Below, one piece after another: positions 1 through 10,095 of a stretch of 64,000 nt of DNA. The translations under genes were made by a program, and so were the position numbers. The stretch comes from Candidatus Saccharimonadia bacterium (GTDB lineage Bacteria > Patescibacteriota > Saccharimonadia > UBA4664): positions 25,234 to 89,233 of the forward strand of contig JBBRSS010000001.1 of NCBI GenBank assembly GCA_038245115.1, in the 5' to 3' direction. The stretch's first letter is position 1, and each line of letters starts with the position of its first letter. Under the pieces are notes generated by a model that worked only from the letters and a program-made list of their open reading frames with translations, ran no database searches and had not been told where the DNA came from.

Positions 1-1299
1 AATTTCGGCGATTCTACCATCACCGGCGAACGCAACGAAGAGCGCCTCTACGAGCTCATCTGGAAGCGCACCGTGGCCTCGCAGATGGCCGACGCCCGCC
101 TAGAGCGCACCACTGCCCACATTAATATCTCCACCCGCCCCGAGCTACTGACCGCCAAAGGCGAGGTTGTGCTATTTGATGGCTTCCTCAAACTATATCT
201 GGCCCAAGACACCGACGAGGACACGGAAGAGGAGGGGATACTGCCGCCCATTACAGCCGGCCAAGTCCTACCGCTAAACACCATGCTCGCCGCCCAGCTC
301 TACGACCGCCCCAAGCCCCGCTACACCGAAGCCAGCCTCGTGAAGCGCCTCGAAGAAATGGGTATTGGCCGGCCGTCAACCTACGCCCCAACCATCTCCA
401 CTATCCAAGACCGCGGCTACATCGAAAAAGGCGACCTGGAGGGCAAGGAGCGCCAATTGCACCGCCTCACGCTCGCTGCCGGTACCATCACCGAAGAAAC
501 CGCCACCGAAATGGCCGGCGCCGACCGCAACAAGCTCTTCCCTACGTCTATTGGCATGGTCGTCAATGATTTCCTGGTCAAAAATTTCCCCGAAGTCGTA
601 GATTACCAGTTCACCAAGAAGGTCGAAGAGGAGTTCGACCAAATCGCGGACGGCAAGCAGGCCTGGAACGCTATGATCGCCAAATTCTACGAGCGCTTCC
701 ACCCCACCGTCGTTGAAGTCGGCGGCGAAAAAGGCGAACGTCCCGAAGACCGCGAGCTGGGAGCCGACCCAGCTAGCGGCAAGCGCATCATCGCCCGCTT
801 AGGGCGCTTTGGCCCCATGGTCCAAATGGGCGACCGTGACGACGAAGACAAAAAATTTGCCCCTCTCCCCCCCGGTACCATGATCCACAATGTCACCCTC
901 GAACAAGCCCTCGAGATGTTCCGTCTGCCGCGCGTGTTGGGCGAAACTCCAGATGGCAAAGAAATCACCACCAACGCCGGTCGCTTCGGACCTTACATTA
1001 AATGGAACGGCCTGTATGCCTCCATCAAGCCCGATGATCCTTTTACTATCACCCTGGAACGCGCTCTCGAACTAGTTATCGATAAAGAATCCGCCGAAGC
1101 CAATAAATACATTAAGCAGTTCGAAGGCACCACCGTAGCCATCGTTAACGGACGGTACGGCCCCTATATCACCGATGGCAAGAAGAACGCCAAGATCCCC
1201 AAGGACACTGCTCCAGAGTCGATTGATTTAAAACAAGCTCAAGCCCTCATCGATGCCGCGCCTGCCAAATCAAAGCGCCACCGAATTGTAAAATCATAG
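1..1299 (+). CDS. topA: DNA topoisomerase I, 3' portion (gene starts upstream of window)
   Basis: The frame is open from position 1. The translation contains the topo IA motif SLVKRLEEMGIGRPSTYAP and C-terminal repeated GRFGPY/GRYGPY modules. Confidence 0.85.
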   Translation, partial: NFGDSTITGERNEERLYELIWKRTVASQMADARLERTTAHINISTRPELLTAKGEVVLFDGFLKLYLAQDTDEDTEEEGILPPITAGQVLPLNTMLAAQLYDRPKPRYTEASLVKRLEEMGIGRPSTYAPTISTIQDRGYIEKGDLEGKERQLHRLTLAAGTITEETATEMAGADRNKLFPTSIGMVVNDFLVKNFPEVVDYQFTKKVEEEFDQIADGKQAWNAMIAKFYERFHPTVVEVGGEKGERPEDRELGADPASGKRIIARLGRFGPMVQMGDRDDEDKKFAPLPPGTMIHNVTLEQALEMFRLPRVLGETPDGKEITTNAGRFGPYIKWNGLYASIKPDDPFTITLERALELVIDKESAEANKYIKQFEGTTVAIVNGRYGPYITDGKKNAKIPKDTAPESIDLKQAQALIDAAPAKSKRHRIVKS

Positions 1300-1400
1300 C
1301 TCCCGAACAGATCCCAAAATACAGCTGGCATATTGTAATATCACCCAATACTAGCTACGATGTTTGTCAGAAATGACAACAGTGAGCAGAGTGTGCACCC

Positions 1401-3869
1401 ATGGCTAAATCAAAACGCAAATCCCGCAAATCGCGTCGACCCGTATTTTACGAGGCCATCTCTACCGTATCGATCAACCCTGTAGGGCTTCCTCACATAT
1501 CCGGGACTTGGCGAGAAAGCCTACTTGTTTTCGCTGAAATTGCCCGAATGATTACTGTTCGGCTCCGTTTAATGGCCGCCCACTCTTTTATGAATCTGCA
1601 ACACGCCGGACTAGCTACCTACGAAACCGTCGCCCAGTTCATCCACGATGTCACAATCGCCAGCCGCTACGGACTCGACGCATCGCGCACTTATCTCCCT
1701 TCAATTGTCATCGATACGGCGGCTTTTGCGACCCGTATCGCCCGACAGCTATCCAATCGTCGCGCCCGCGCGTTCTACCTCATGCTAGCCGCCTCCGCCG
1801 CTTTTGCGATGGTCGTCGTTATTGCCGTTACTGCCGCAACCACGCTCAAATCCTATGCCAACGACATTTCGAGCCCCAGCGCGTTAATGGCCAAGAAGAA
1901 AATTGGTACAACCATTCTCGACCGTAACGGCCAAGTATTATTCCAAGGCTACGGCGCAGGTTCAACCACTATTCTCGGCCTAAACGATATTTCGAATAAT
2001 CTCAAAACTGCCACGTTAGTCGCCGAGGACCCCAGCTTCTACGATCATCCTGGCTTCTCAGTTCAAGGCACCGTCCGTGCCGCAGTCACGGATATCACCC
2101 ATCAAGGCAAAGTCGAAGGCGGCTCCACGCTTACTCAACAGCTTATTAAGAACTCCTTGCTTACTTCAGACAAAAATTTTCAACGTAAATACCAAGAGAT
2201 ATTACTGGCCATCGAACTTGAACGTCATTATTCCAAAGATGAAATCCTGCAGATGTATCTCAACGAAACCTATTACGGCGAGGGTTCGTCCGGCGTGGCG
2301 GCGGCCAGCCAAACCTACTTCCACAAAACAGCCAACCAGCTCACGCTAGGTGAAGCCGCACTGTTGGCCGGTCTCCCCCTGGGGCCGAGCCGACTAGATC
2401 CAAACTATGACCTCGCTGCAGCTACCGGACGTCGAGATTACGTCTTGGGTCGAATGGCCGAACTCGGCAAAATCACCTCCCAAGAGGCCGCCACTGCCAA
2501 AGCCCAACCCCTGGCGCTCGCCTCAAATACTGCCGCCATTCCCGGCAGCCTAACCATATATCCCAAGACCATTACAATTCGCGCACCGCATTTTGTGTTC
2601 TATGTTCTCGACCAACTCCGCGCCAAATACGGCGATGACCTCATCCAAAGCGGGGGAATAACCGTCAAAACTACGCTCGATATAACGAAACAAGATCTGG
2701 CCCAGCAAACCGTCACCACCCAAATCAACAAACTATCCGACCACCACGTAACCAACGGGGGACTGGTATCAATTAATCCCGGCAATGGGGATATTCTGGC
2801 GATGGTTGGCAGCACCGACTACAATGCTCCCGATTTTGGCAATGTCAATGTAATGTTGTCGGATCTCCAGCCTGGCTCCAGCTTCAAGCCCATCGCGTAT
2901 GCCACAGCCTTCAAAAAGGGCTGGACAGGCGCCACAACGGTCGTAGACTCACCCTTCTACGCCCCCGGCGGCGACGGCACCGTCTTCGCACCCCAAAACT
3001 ATGACCTCAAATTCCACGGCACCGTTACCCTGCGCACAGCACTAGATAATTCTCTGAATATCCCTGCAGTCAAAGTGCTGCAATTTGCCGGCATCCCCGA
3101 AACCCTCCAAACCGCCCACGATCTTGGGATCACTACTCTCAACGACCCCAGCCGCTATGGCCTGTCCTTGGTACTTGGTGGCGGAGAAGTACGACCCATC
3201 GATATGGCTACAGTCTATGGCACCATCGCTAACGGTGGCGTCAAAATTGAGCCCCGGTCAATTCTCCAAGTTGCTGATCGTTACGGCAAAGATATAACCA
3301 AACCCAACGAGTCCAAGCCTCAGGCCGTGCTCGACCCCCGTATTGCCTACATGATTACCAACATCATTTCCGACGACAAATCCCGCCAACCCGAATTTCC
3401 CGCCAACGGCCCGCTTACCCTCGCCGGACGCCCCGTTGCTGCCAAAACCGGTACTACCAACGACTTCCGGGACAACTGGACCGTCGGCTACACACCTCAG
3501 CTCGTGACCGCCGTCTGGGTCGGCAACAACGATCACACGCCGATGAACAATGTTGACGGTATCACGGGCGCCGCCCCAATTTGGCACGACTACATGGAGG
3601 GGGCCTTAGCCGGCGAGCCGGTCATGAATTTTATTCCCCCAGCCGGAGTCACCGCCGTATCCGTTTGCAAGAGCGATGGCGGACTAGCCAACCCATGGGA
3701 TAGCGCTTACACCGAGATATTCATGTCCGATGCCGTACCCACCAAGCACTGCGCTGGAGGTGCTCCAAAACCGTCACCAACACCAGACTCCTCAGTAATT
3801 GTCGATCCGAACACTCCAAAACCAGGCAACCCCCATAAATTCCAGCTGCCAACTCCTATCACAAATTAG
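1401..3869 (+). CDS. class A penicillin-binding protein (transglycosylase + transpeptidase)
   Basis: GT51 motifs EDPSFYDHPG and GGSTLTQQL are present, together with transpeptidase SSFKP and KTGTT motifs. There is an N-terminal basic tail followed by a transmembrane segment. Confidence 0.85.
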   Translation: MAKSKRKSRKSRRPVFYEAISTVSINPVGLPHISGTWRESLLVFAEIARMITVRLRLMAAHSFMNLQHAGLATYETVAQFIHDVTIASRYGLDASRTYLPSIVIDTAAFATRIARQLSNRRARAFYLMLAASAAFAMVVVIAVTAATTLKSYANDISSPSALMAKKKIGTTILDRNGQVLFQGYGAGSTTILGLNDISNNLKTATLVAEDPSFYDHPGFSVQGTVRAAVTDITHQGKVEGGSTLTQQLIKNSLLTSDKNFQRKYQEILLAIELERHYSKDEILQMYLNETYYGEGSSGVAAASQTYFHKTANQLTLGEAALLAGLPLGPSRLDPNYDLAAATGRRDYVLGRMAELGKITSQEAATAKAQPLALASNTAAIPGSLTIYPKTITIRAPHFVFYVLDQLRAKYGDDLIQSGGITVKTTLDITKQDLAQQTVTTQINKLSDHHVTNGGLVSINPGNGDILAMVGSTDYNAPDFGNVNVMLSDLQPGSSFKPIAYATAFKKGWTGATTVVDSPFYAPGGDGTVFAPQNYDLKFHGTVTLRTALDNSLNIPAVKVLQFAGIPETLQTAHDLGITTLNDPSRYGLSLVLGGGEVRPIDMATVYGTIANGGVKIEPRSILQVADRYGKDITKPNESKPQAVLDPRIAYMITNIISDDKSRQPEFPANGPLTLAGRPVAAKTGTTNDFRDNWTVGYTPQLVTAVWVGNNDHTPMNNVDGITGAAPIWHDYMEGALAGEPVMNFIPPAGVTAVSVCKSDGGLANPWDSAYTEIFMSDAVPTKHCAGGAPKPSPTPDSSVIVDPNTPKPGNPHKFQLPTPITN

Positions 3870-3912
3870 TTCACAACCTGCCAAATTCCTCCCGGCAGTA
3901 TAGAATAGCAAC

Positions 3913-5016
3913 ATGCAAGACCTTATCCGCCAGCTCCAAAGCCTCATCTCCGGGATCAACAGCGCCATCTCCAAGCTCGGCATCGAAGCCGACCGCAAAG
4001 CCGCTGCTCAGCTACGCCAGCGTACTCTGGACCCGAACTTTTGGTCCGATACCGCCGCAGCCTCGGATGTATCTCGGCGCTTAGCTGCACTCGACCGCCA
4101 TGTCGATTTTTGGAACAACCTTCTCGCCGAAGCTACCGAAGCGCTAGAGTTGGCCCGTCTCGAACAAAACGGCACTGATTCAGATCTCATCGACCAAATT
4201 CGCAGCCTGTACGAAACCGCCCAAACCGAATACGACCGCCGGCAATTTGAGCTCAAACTCTCCGGCCCGCACGACCGCTCATCGGCCATTGTCGAAATCC
4301 ACGCCGGCACCGGCGGCACCGACGCTCAGGATTGGGCTGAAATGCTCGAGCGCATGTACTTGCGCTGGGCCGAACGCGAGGGCTTTAGCGCCGAAATTGC
4401 CTCCATCTCGGCCGGCGAAGAAGCCGGCATCAAAAGCGCAACCTTCGAGGTCAACGGCCCCTACGCCTACGGCAAACTCAAGGGCGAAGCCGGCGTCCAC
4501 CGCCTCGTGCGGCTGAGCCCCTACAACTCCGACAACCTCCGCCAAACCTCCTTCGCCCTCGTGGAAGTGTTGCCTCAAATAGAGAACGAAGCCGAGCTCG
4601 AAATTGACGCCAAGGATCTGCGCATCGACGTGTACCGCTCGGGCGGCCACGGCGGCCAATCGGTCAACACTACCGACTCTGCCGTGCGCATCACTCATCT
4701 GCCCACCGGCCTGGTCGTGGCGATTCAAAACGAGCGTTCGCAACTTCAAAACAAAGAAAAGGCCATGGCCATCCTGCGCTCTCGCCTAGCCACCATGATG
4801 GAGGCTCAAGCCAAAGCCAGCCTCACAGAACTGCGCGCCAGTGACAAGTCGGCCGAATGGGGGAGCCAGATCCGCAATTACGTCCTCCACCCCTACACCA
4901 AGGTCAAAGATGTCCGTACCGGCGCCGAAACCAACCAAGCCCAAGACGTCCTCGATGGCGACCTTGAACTCTTCATGGAAGCCTACCTGCAGAGTCAGAT
5001 CGGTCCCCAAAAATAA
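3913..5016 (+). CDS. prfB: peptide chain release factor 2, single uninterrupted ORF
   Basis: The GGQ motif appears in RSGGHGGQSVNTTDS. An RF2-type SPY(F) tripeptide region is present. The protein is 367 aa and contains no internal in-frame stop. Confidence 0.85.
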   Translation: MQDLIRQLQSLISGINSAISKLGIEADRKAAAQLRQRTLDPNFWSDTAAASDVSRRLAALDRHVDFWNNLLAEATEALELARLEQNGTDSDLIDQIRSLYETAQTEYDRRQFELKLSGPHDRSSAIVEIHAGTGGTDAQDWAEMLERMYLRWAEREGFSAEIASISAGEEAGIKSATFEVNGPYAYGKLKGEAGVHRLVRLSPYNSDNLRQTSFALVEVLPQIENEAELEIDAKDLRIDVYRSGGHGGQSVNTTDSAVRITHLPTGLVVAIQNERSQLQNKEKAMAILRSRLATMMEAQAKASLTELRASDKSAEWGSQIRNYVLHPYTKVKDVRTGAETNQAQDVLDGDLELFMEAYLQSQIGPQK

Positions 5017-5043
5017 ACCCGCCGTATGATACACTAACTACAA

Positions 5044-5736
5044 ATGATTCTCTTCGACCGTGTCACCAAAGTCTACCCCAACCAGATGGTTGCGCTTAGT
5101 GGCCTCAACCTCCATATTAAGCCCAAGGAATTTGTCACCATCGTCGGCGCTAGCGGCGCAGGTAAATCAACGCTCATCAAGCTGCTCACCCGCGAAGAAA
5201 CCCATTCCTCAGGCAAAATCATCGTCGGCGGGCTCGATTACGACACCATTACCAGCCGCGACGTACCACTCGTCCGCCGCCGTATCGGCGTGGTTTTCCA
5301 GGACTTCAAACTACTTCCGGGGCGCCGCGTTGGCGAAAACGTCGCTTTTGCGCTCGAAGTTTCCGGCGCCCGCAGCCGTGAGATCAAACGTGCCGTTCCC
5401 AAAATGCTCAAGCTAGTGGGCCTCTCCACCAAGGAGAATGCTTACCCCCATGAGCTATCTGGTGGCGAACGTCAACGCGTTGCCATCGCTCGCGCCCTCA
5501 TTCGCCAGCCCAAAATCCTCATCGCCGATGAGCCCACCGGCAACCTCGACCCCAAAAACGCTTGGGAAATCATCGAATTATTGCTCAAAATTAACCGTTT
5601 CGGAACCACTGTGCTACTGACCACCCACAACAAAGAGATCGTCAACGCCCTCAAGCGCCGTGTTATCACCATCAACCGCGGCCGCATTGTCAAAGACGAA
5701 GAGCAGGGCCGCTACACTCTCGAAGGCGGCAAGTAA
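5044..5736 (+). CDS. ftsE: cell division ATP-binding protein FtsE
   Basis: ABC ATPase with Walker A GASGAGKST, LSGGERQR signature and Walker B ILIADEPTGNLD. It overlaps ftsX by 1 nt (TAATG). Confidence 0.9.
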   Translation: MILFDRVTKVYPNQMVALSGLNLHIKPKEFVTIVGASGAGKSTLIKLLTREETHSSGKIIVGGLDYDTITSRDVPLVRRRIGVVFQDFKLLPGRRVGENVAFALEVSGARSREIKRAVPKMLKLVGLSTKENAYPHELSGGERQRVAIARALIRQPKILIADEPTGNLDPKNAWEIIELLLKINRFGTTVLLTTHNKEIVNALKRRVITINRGRIVKDEEQGRYTLEGGK

Positions 5737-6650
5737 TGATTCAGTTCTGGCGAGTCCTAACGGCTGGATTACGCAACTTTATGCGCAATATGTGGCTATC
5801 AACCGCCGCCACGGCGGTGATGACAGTCACCCTTACTCTCATAATGGTGTCGTTCATCTCCAACATGGCGTTAACCGCCACCATCAAAGGTGTCACCGAC
5901 AAAATCGATGTGTCGATCTTTCTCAAAAATAACCTGACTCCAGATCAGATCAACGGCTTCAAGAAGAGCCTGACTGATTCCGGCAACGTCATAAGCCTCA
6001 CTTACGTGAGCCCCCAGCAAGCTGTACTCAACTACAAAGAGCAAAACAAGAATAATCCGCAACTCATCGCTGCCCTCGATCAAGCCGGCGATGCCTTGCC
6101 ATCCTCAGTCCAGGTCAAAGCCAAAGATCCCAAGCATCTCGACGTTATCGAGGCCGTCGTTAACCAGGCAGCTAACAAACCGCTCCTCGACCCCACCGCC
6201 CCGCCCAGCTATACTGGCAGCCGCAAGGCCACCATCGACCGCATCGTGCGCTTCGCCGGCTTCTTTAAGACTGCGGGGCTCGCCGCCAGCGCCATGTTCT
6301 TGGTAATATCCACCCTCATAATCTTCAACACCATCCGCATGGCCATCTTTACCCGCCGCGACGAAATCGAGATCATGAAGCTCGTGGGCGCCACCAAATG
6401 GTTCATCCGCGGCCCATTTATCTTTGAGGCCACACTTTATGGCATCATCGCCGCCATAATTGCAACGATCTTATCTTGTCTCCTGCTGTTTGGCGGCGCC
6501 ACCAAAGTTGCCAGTTACATTGATTTCTCTACCACCGTCAGTTTCTTCCAGTCCTACATCCTCTTAATTATCGTGGCCGAATTTGTTCTCGGCGTTATCA
6601 TCGGCGCGGTCTCATCGCTGCTCGCCATGAGCCGCTATCTCAAGCTGTAA
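5736..6650 (+). CDS. ftsX: cell division permease FtsX
   Basis: It has four TM segments with a large extracellular loop, is translationally coupled to ftsE, and has an FtsX-type C-terminal TM bundle. Confidence 0.85.
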   Translation: MIQFWRVLTAGLRNFMRNMWLSTAATAVMTVTLTLIMVSFISNMALTATIKGVTDKIDVSIFLKNNLTPDQINGFKKSLTDSGNVISLTYVSPQQAVLNYKEQNKNNPQLIAALDQAGDALPSSVQVKAKDPKHLDVIEAVVNQAANKPLLDPTAPPSYTGSRKATIDRIVRFAGFFKTAGLAASAMFLVISTLIIFNTIRMAIFTRRDEIEIMKLVGATKWFIRGPFIFEATLYGIIAAIIATILSCLLLFGGATKVASYIDFSTTVSFFQSYILLIIVAEFVLGVIIGAVSSLLAMSRYLKL

Positions 6651-6834
6651 ATGTTTTTTCATCCAAACTTCAGACTAACTTAAGAAATATTATTAGTTAA
6701 TATATCCACAAATGCGTCAATAGGCATAACCAGTTTGACAATAATAGCACTTACGACTTACGATATGTCTACCTTGGAGGGGCAAGACTATTCGTAATAA
6801 GTTCAACAATCTCAGCCAGACCATCACCCGCACT

Positions 6835-7899
6835 TTGCTGGCGGTAGCGGTCGGTTTTTCAATTAGCGGCGCCGCGTACGCGGACCAGTTCGACGCTCAA
6901 ATTGCGGCCTTAAAAGCCCAGGCTAGTGCCCAACAAGCCACGGCGGCCGGATTCGCCGCCCAGGCCAACGACTACCAAACTCGTGTCAATCAGCTCAACG
7001 CGCAAATTAGTGCTTTGCAATCACAAATTAACTTGAACCAAGCACAATACGACCAAGTTACGGCACAAATTGCCGCTAATGAGGCCAATCTTGCAGAAAA
7101 AAAGGCCACCCTTGGGGCCAACCTCAAGAGCATGTATTTGGATTCTTCCGTGACCCCGCTCGAGATGATCGCCTCGAGCAACAATCTCAGCGACTACTTT
7201 AATCAGCAGCAATACCAGGACAGCATCAAAGATAAGATTCAAGCTGCCATGGCCGATATCCTAGCCACCCAAAAACAACTTGCTATCCAGAAAACCCAAG
7301 TTGAAGCCCTCCTGAATTTGCAAAACGGACAAAAACAACAATTAGCGAGCGCGCGTGCCGAGGCTAACCAGCTTCTCGCTACAGCGTCTCAAAGTGCAGC
7401 CGCGGCAAATGCACAGGTTGCAGCCAGTAACTCTCAGATCTCCAGCGTCAAGGCTCAGCAACAAGCCGCTCTTATCGCTCGATTCGGCAACGGCATTACC
7501 AGTGGCGGCGGCGCAGCTTGCGGCGGCGGCTACCCAGGCTATCTCTGCAATGCCCCCCAAGACTCGCTAGCCGACCCCTGGGGTATGTACAACCGCGAAT
7601 GCGTCAGCTACACCGCGTTTAAAGTAGCTGCCTCTGGCCGACATATGCCCTACTGGGGTGGACACGGCAACGCCAACCAGTGGCCCGATAGTGCCCGTGC
7701 TGACGGTATTGCCGTCGACGGCAACCCTCAGGTCGGCGATGTTGCCATATCTTATGCTGGACCGGTTGGTCATGCCATGTACGTCGAGGGTGTAGCCAAT
7801 GGCCGGATCCATGTTAGCCAATACAATTTTGGAGCCCCTGGAACTTATAGCGAAATGACCATTTCGGCCAGCGGTCTATACTTCATTCACTTCCGTTAA
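6835..7899 (+). CDS. secreted coiled-coil + C-terminal CHAP-domain peptidoglycan hydrolase (PcsB-like, FtsEX-associated)
   Basis: A Gln/Ala-rich coiled-coil region is followed by a CHAP domain (a conserved Cys in ...NRECVSYTAFK..., His in VGHAMYVEG). It lies immediately downstream of ftsEX. The signal peptide appears to begin upstream of the listed TTG; the true start is uncertain (see finding). Confidence 0.75.
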   Translation: MLAVAVGFSISGAAYADQFDAQIAALKAQASAQQATAAGFAAQANDYQTRVNQLNAQISALQSQINLNQAQYDQVTAQIAANEANLAEKKATLGANLKSMYLDSSVTPLEMIASSNNLSDYFNQQQYQDSIKDKIQAAMADILATQKQLAIQKTQVEALLNLQNGQKQQLASARAEANQLLATASQSAAAANAQVAASNSQISSVKAQQQAALIARFGNGITSGGGAACGGGYPGYLCNAPQDSLADPWGMYNRECVSYTAFKVAASGRHMPYWGGHGNANQWPDSARADGIAVDGNPQVGDVAISYAGPVGHAMYVEGVANGRIHVSQYNFGAPGTYSEMTISASGLYFIHFR

Positions 7900-7900
7900 A

Positions 7901-9109
7901 ATGCCTCAATTATCCATAAAAGAAAGGTCTTTAAGTTTGAAAAAAATTGAGCTCAACCCGCTGGTACTCAGTGCCTCTGTCATAGTCTTATCCTTGGGCT
8001 CGTTCTACGCCGGGAATGCCTACACCAGCGCACTACCAAACCCCTTCGTAAAACCGGTAAATAAGGCCGACTTTTCGAGCTTAAACTCCGTCTATGCCCT
8101 AATGCAGCGCAACTTCGACGGCCAGATTGACGACCAAAAGGCCCTGGATGGCGCCAAGGCCGGCCTCGTCGCCGCCGGCGGCGACCCCTACACCGTATTT
8201 ATGGATGCCAAATCAGCCAAAAAGCTGTCTGATGATCTCACCGGTAAACTCTCCGGTATCGGTGCCGAAATCGGCATTAAGAATAATATCCTCACCGTCA
8301 TTGCGCCCCTTGATGGCACCCCAGCTGCTGCTGCCGGGCTTAAATCTGGCGACCTCATAGCTAAAATCAACAACGAAGACACCACCAATATGAGCGTAGA
8401 TATGGCCGTGTCCAAGATCCGCGGTGACGCCGGTACCAAGGTTACCCTCAAGCTCGTTCGCAGCGGCACGCCCGACCCGTTCGATGTCACCATTACCCGT
8501 GCGGATATAACAGTACCTAGCGTCAAGTCCAGCCTCAAGAACGGGAATGTAGCTTACATCAACATTACACGCTTTGGTCCGGACACCGCCGACCTCATCA
8601 GCCAAGCCGCCACCACCCTCAAGGCCCAAGGTGCCACCAAAGTCATTCTCGACCTACGTAACGACCCGGGCGGTTATTTGGACGCCGGAGTAGCTGTATC
8701 CAGCCAATTCCTCGACAGCGGCAAGCTAGTGGTCGAAGAGCGCACCAATGGCAAAAGCACCAACAAGCTCACCGCCACCGGCGGGGGACTGCTCAAAGGG
8801 ATGCCCACGATCGTGCTGATCAACGGAGGATCGGCCAGCGCCTCGGAAATTGTCGCCGGAGCCTTGCACGACAACAAAGTCGCTCAATTGCTCGGAGAAA
8901 AAAGCTTCGGTAAAGGCAGCGTTCAAGAGATCAAAGATCTACCTGATGGCGCCCAGCTCAAAGTTACCGTAGCGCACTGGTACACTCCGGGCGGTGTCAA
9001 CATCAACAAAGAGGGGATTAAGCCCGATGTTGAAGTCAAGCTGACCACCGAAGACTTTAACGCCAGCCGCGACCCCCAGCTCGATAAAGCCCTGGATATG
9101 CTCAAGTAG
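7901..9109 (+). CDS. ctpA: carboxyl-terminal processing protease (S41 family) with PDZ domain
   Basis: A PDZ region (GLKSGDLIAKINNE) and the S41 catalytic region (GGSASASEIVAGAL...GEKSFGKGSVQ) are present. There is an N-terminal TM anchor. An alternative TTG start near 7940 (MKKIELNPLVL) is possible. Confidence 0.8.
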   Translation: MPQLSIKERSLSLKKIELNPLVLSASVIVLSLGSFYAGNAYTSALPNPFVKPVNKADFSSLNSVYALMQRNFDGQIDDQKALDGAKAGLVAAGGDPYTVFMDAKSAKKLSDDLTGKLSGIGAEIGIKNNILTVIAPLDGTPAAAAGLKSGDLIAKINNEDTTNMSVDMAVSKIRGDAGTKVTLKLVRSGTPDPFDVTITRADITVPSVKSSLKNGNVAYINITRFGPDTADLISQAATTLKAQGATKVILDLRNDPGGYLDAGVAVSSQFLDSGKLVVEERTNGKSTNKLTATGGGLLKGMPTIVLINGGSASASEIVAGALHDNKVAQLLGEKSFGKGSVQEIKDLPDGAQLKVTVAHWYTPGGVNINKEGIKPDVEVKLTTEDFNASRDPQLDKALDMLK

Positions 9110-9249
9110 CAGTTGTGGTTGCTTTTACCCAAAATTATTGTAAGATATTATTGTCTGTATCAAGAAACCGTTCCGCATAAAAGGATGAAAGGGAGAGGTT
9201 GCGCGACCGATATACCCAAAAATCGTCTAGAGTCAAAGGGGAGAATGAC

Positions 9250-9942
9250 ATGGACTCAAACAAGGCCGATCTTTGGCTCTGGCTGTTCGACTTCGATAGC
9301 TCACTCCTCGACCTCCCAGGCTTCGTACTAGCCCTACCGGAGGCGGTCGACCGAGCTTTCACGATACCCAAGCTTGAGTTCGCAAACCACATCTCCAGGC
9401 GTTACGACAAGACTAAATCCGGGCGGTCCATCGGCTACAACATCTTTAGACATCTGAAGGAGTACGGCTTGGATTTGGCTATTGCCGAAAACAAGGCAAT
9501 CTTCCTCAAGACGATGTTCGAGGTGCACCAAGAGTTCACCAATGGCCAGCCCGATTTTCTCTACCCGGATGTACGCGAACCACTCAGGGAGCTCAGATCC
9601 AGGACAAACTGCGACATCCAGATTGCTTCGGTCAACGTGCCGTCCTGCTTGGCGATCAAGGTACTCCTGGGCGGGCCGCTGCTCGAGGGCATCTCTGCCA
9701 AGGCCTTCTCGGGCAACAAGGGCGACTACTACGCCAGACAATTGCGTACGGGTCGACTCGTGTATTACGGGATGGAATACGACCAGATCGTGATTGTGGA
9801 CGACAACGCCGACCAGTTGAGGCCCATCCCTCAGCCTCCCGGCGTAGCAATCTATCAAATCGTCCGCCCAGGGCAAAAATACCCGCCCAATGATACTGGC
9901 ACTCCCTGCATCAAATCATTTGCAGAACTGCCGACTCTGTAA
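9250..9942 (+). CDS. HAD-superfamily hydrolase-like protein
   Basis: HAD motif I hhhhDxDxxLL (LWLWLFDFDSSLLD) and motif IV (IVIVDDNADQL) are present. ATG 9250 is preceded by GGGGAG. The listed upstream TTG extension is unlikely. Confidence 0.5.
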   Translation: MDSNKADLWLWLFDFDSSLLDLPGFVLALPEAVDRAFTIPKLEFANHISRRYDKTKSGRSIGYNIFRHLKEYGLDLAIAENKAIFLKTMFEVHQEFTNGQPDFLYPDVREPLRELRSRTNCDIQIASVNVPSCLAIKVLLGGPLLEGISAKAFSGNKGDYYARQLRTGRLVYYGMEYDQIVIVDDNADQLRPIPQPPGVAIYQIVRPGQKYPPNDTGTPCIKSFAELPTL

Positions 9943-9964
9943 CCACTCAGTCGGTCCCCCTCAG

Positions 9965-10003
9965 AGGTACCCAGGTTTTACCTGGGTACCTCGATACTTT
10001 TTA
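9965..10003 (+). terminator. rho-independent terminator after HAD-like gene
   Basis: A 12-bp stem (gaggtacccagg / cctgggtacctc) with a tttta loop is followed by a T-rich tract (gatacttttta). Confidence 0.55.
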
Positions 10004-10095
10004 ACCAACATTAATGTTTTGCTTGCCCTCGTGCGCAGTCTCAGGTATCATCAAAACCAATTGTTGTAATGCCGATCAACCGTGTGTTGGGAAGG

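Noticed and set aside
376-974. Several 60-110 aa ORFs on both strands inside topA (and similar ORFs inside every long gene in the track)
   Set aside because: They are embedded in or antisense to well-supported housekeeping genes. They are expected in GC-rich DNA and have no RBS or motif.
3913-5016. Looked for the programmed +1 frameshift site (CUU UGA C) typical of prfB
   Set aside because: RF2 is encoded as one continuous ORF, so there is no frameshift element to annotate.
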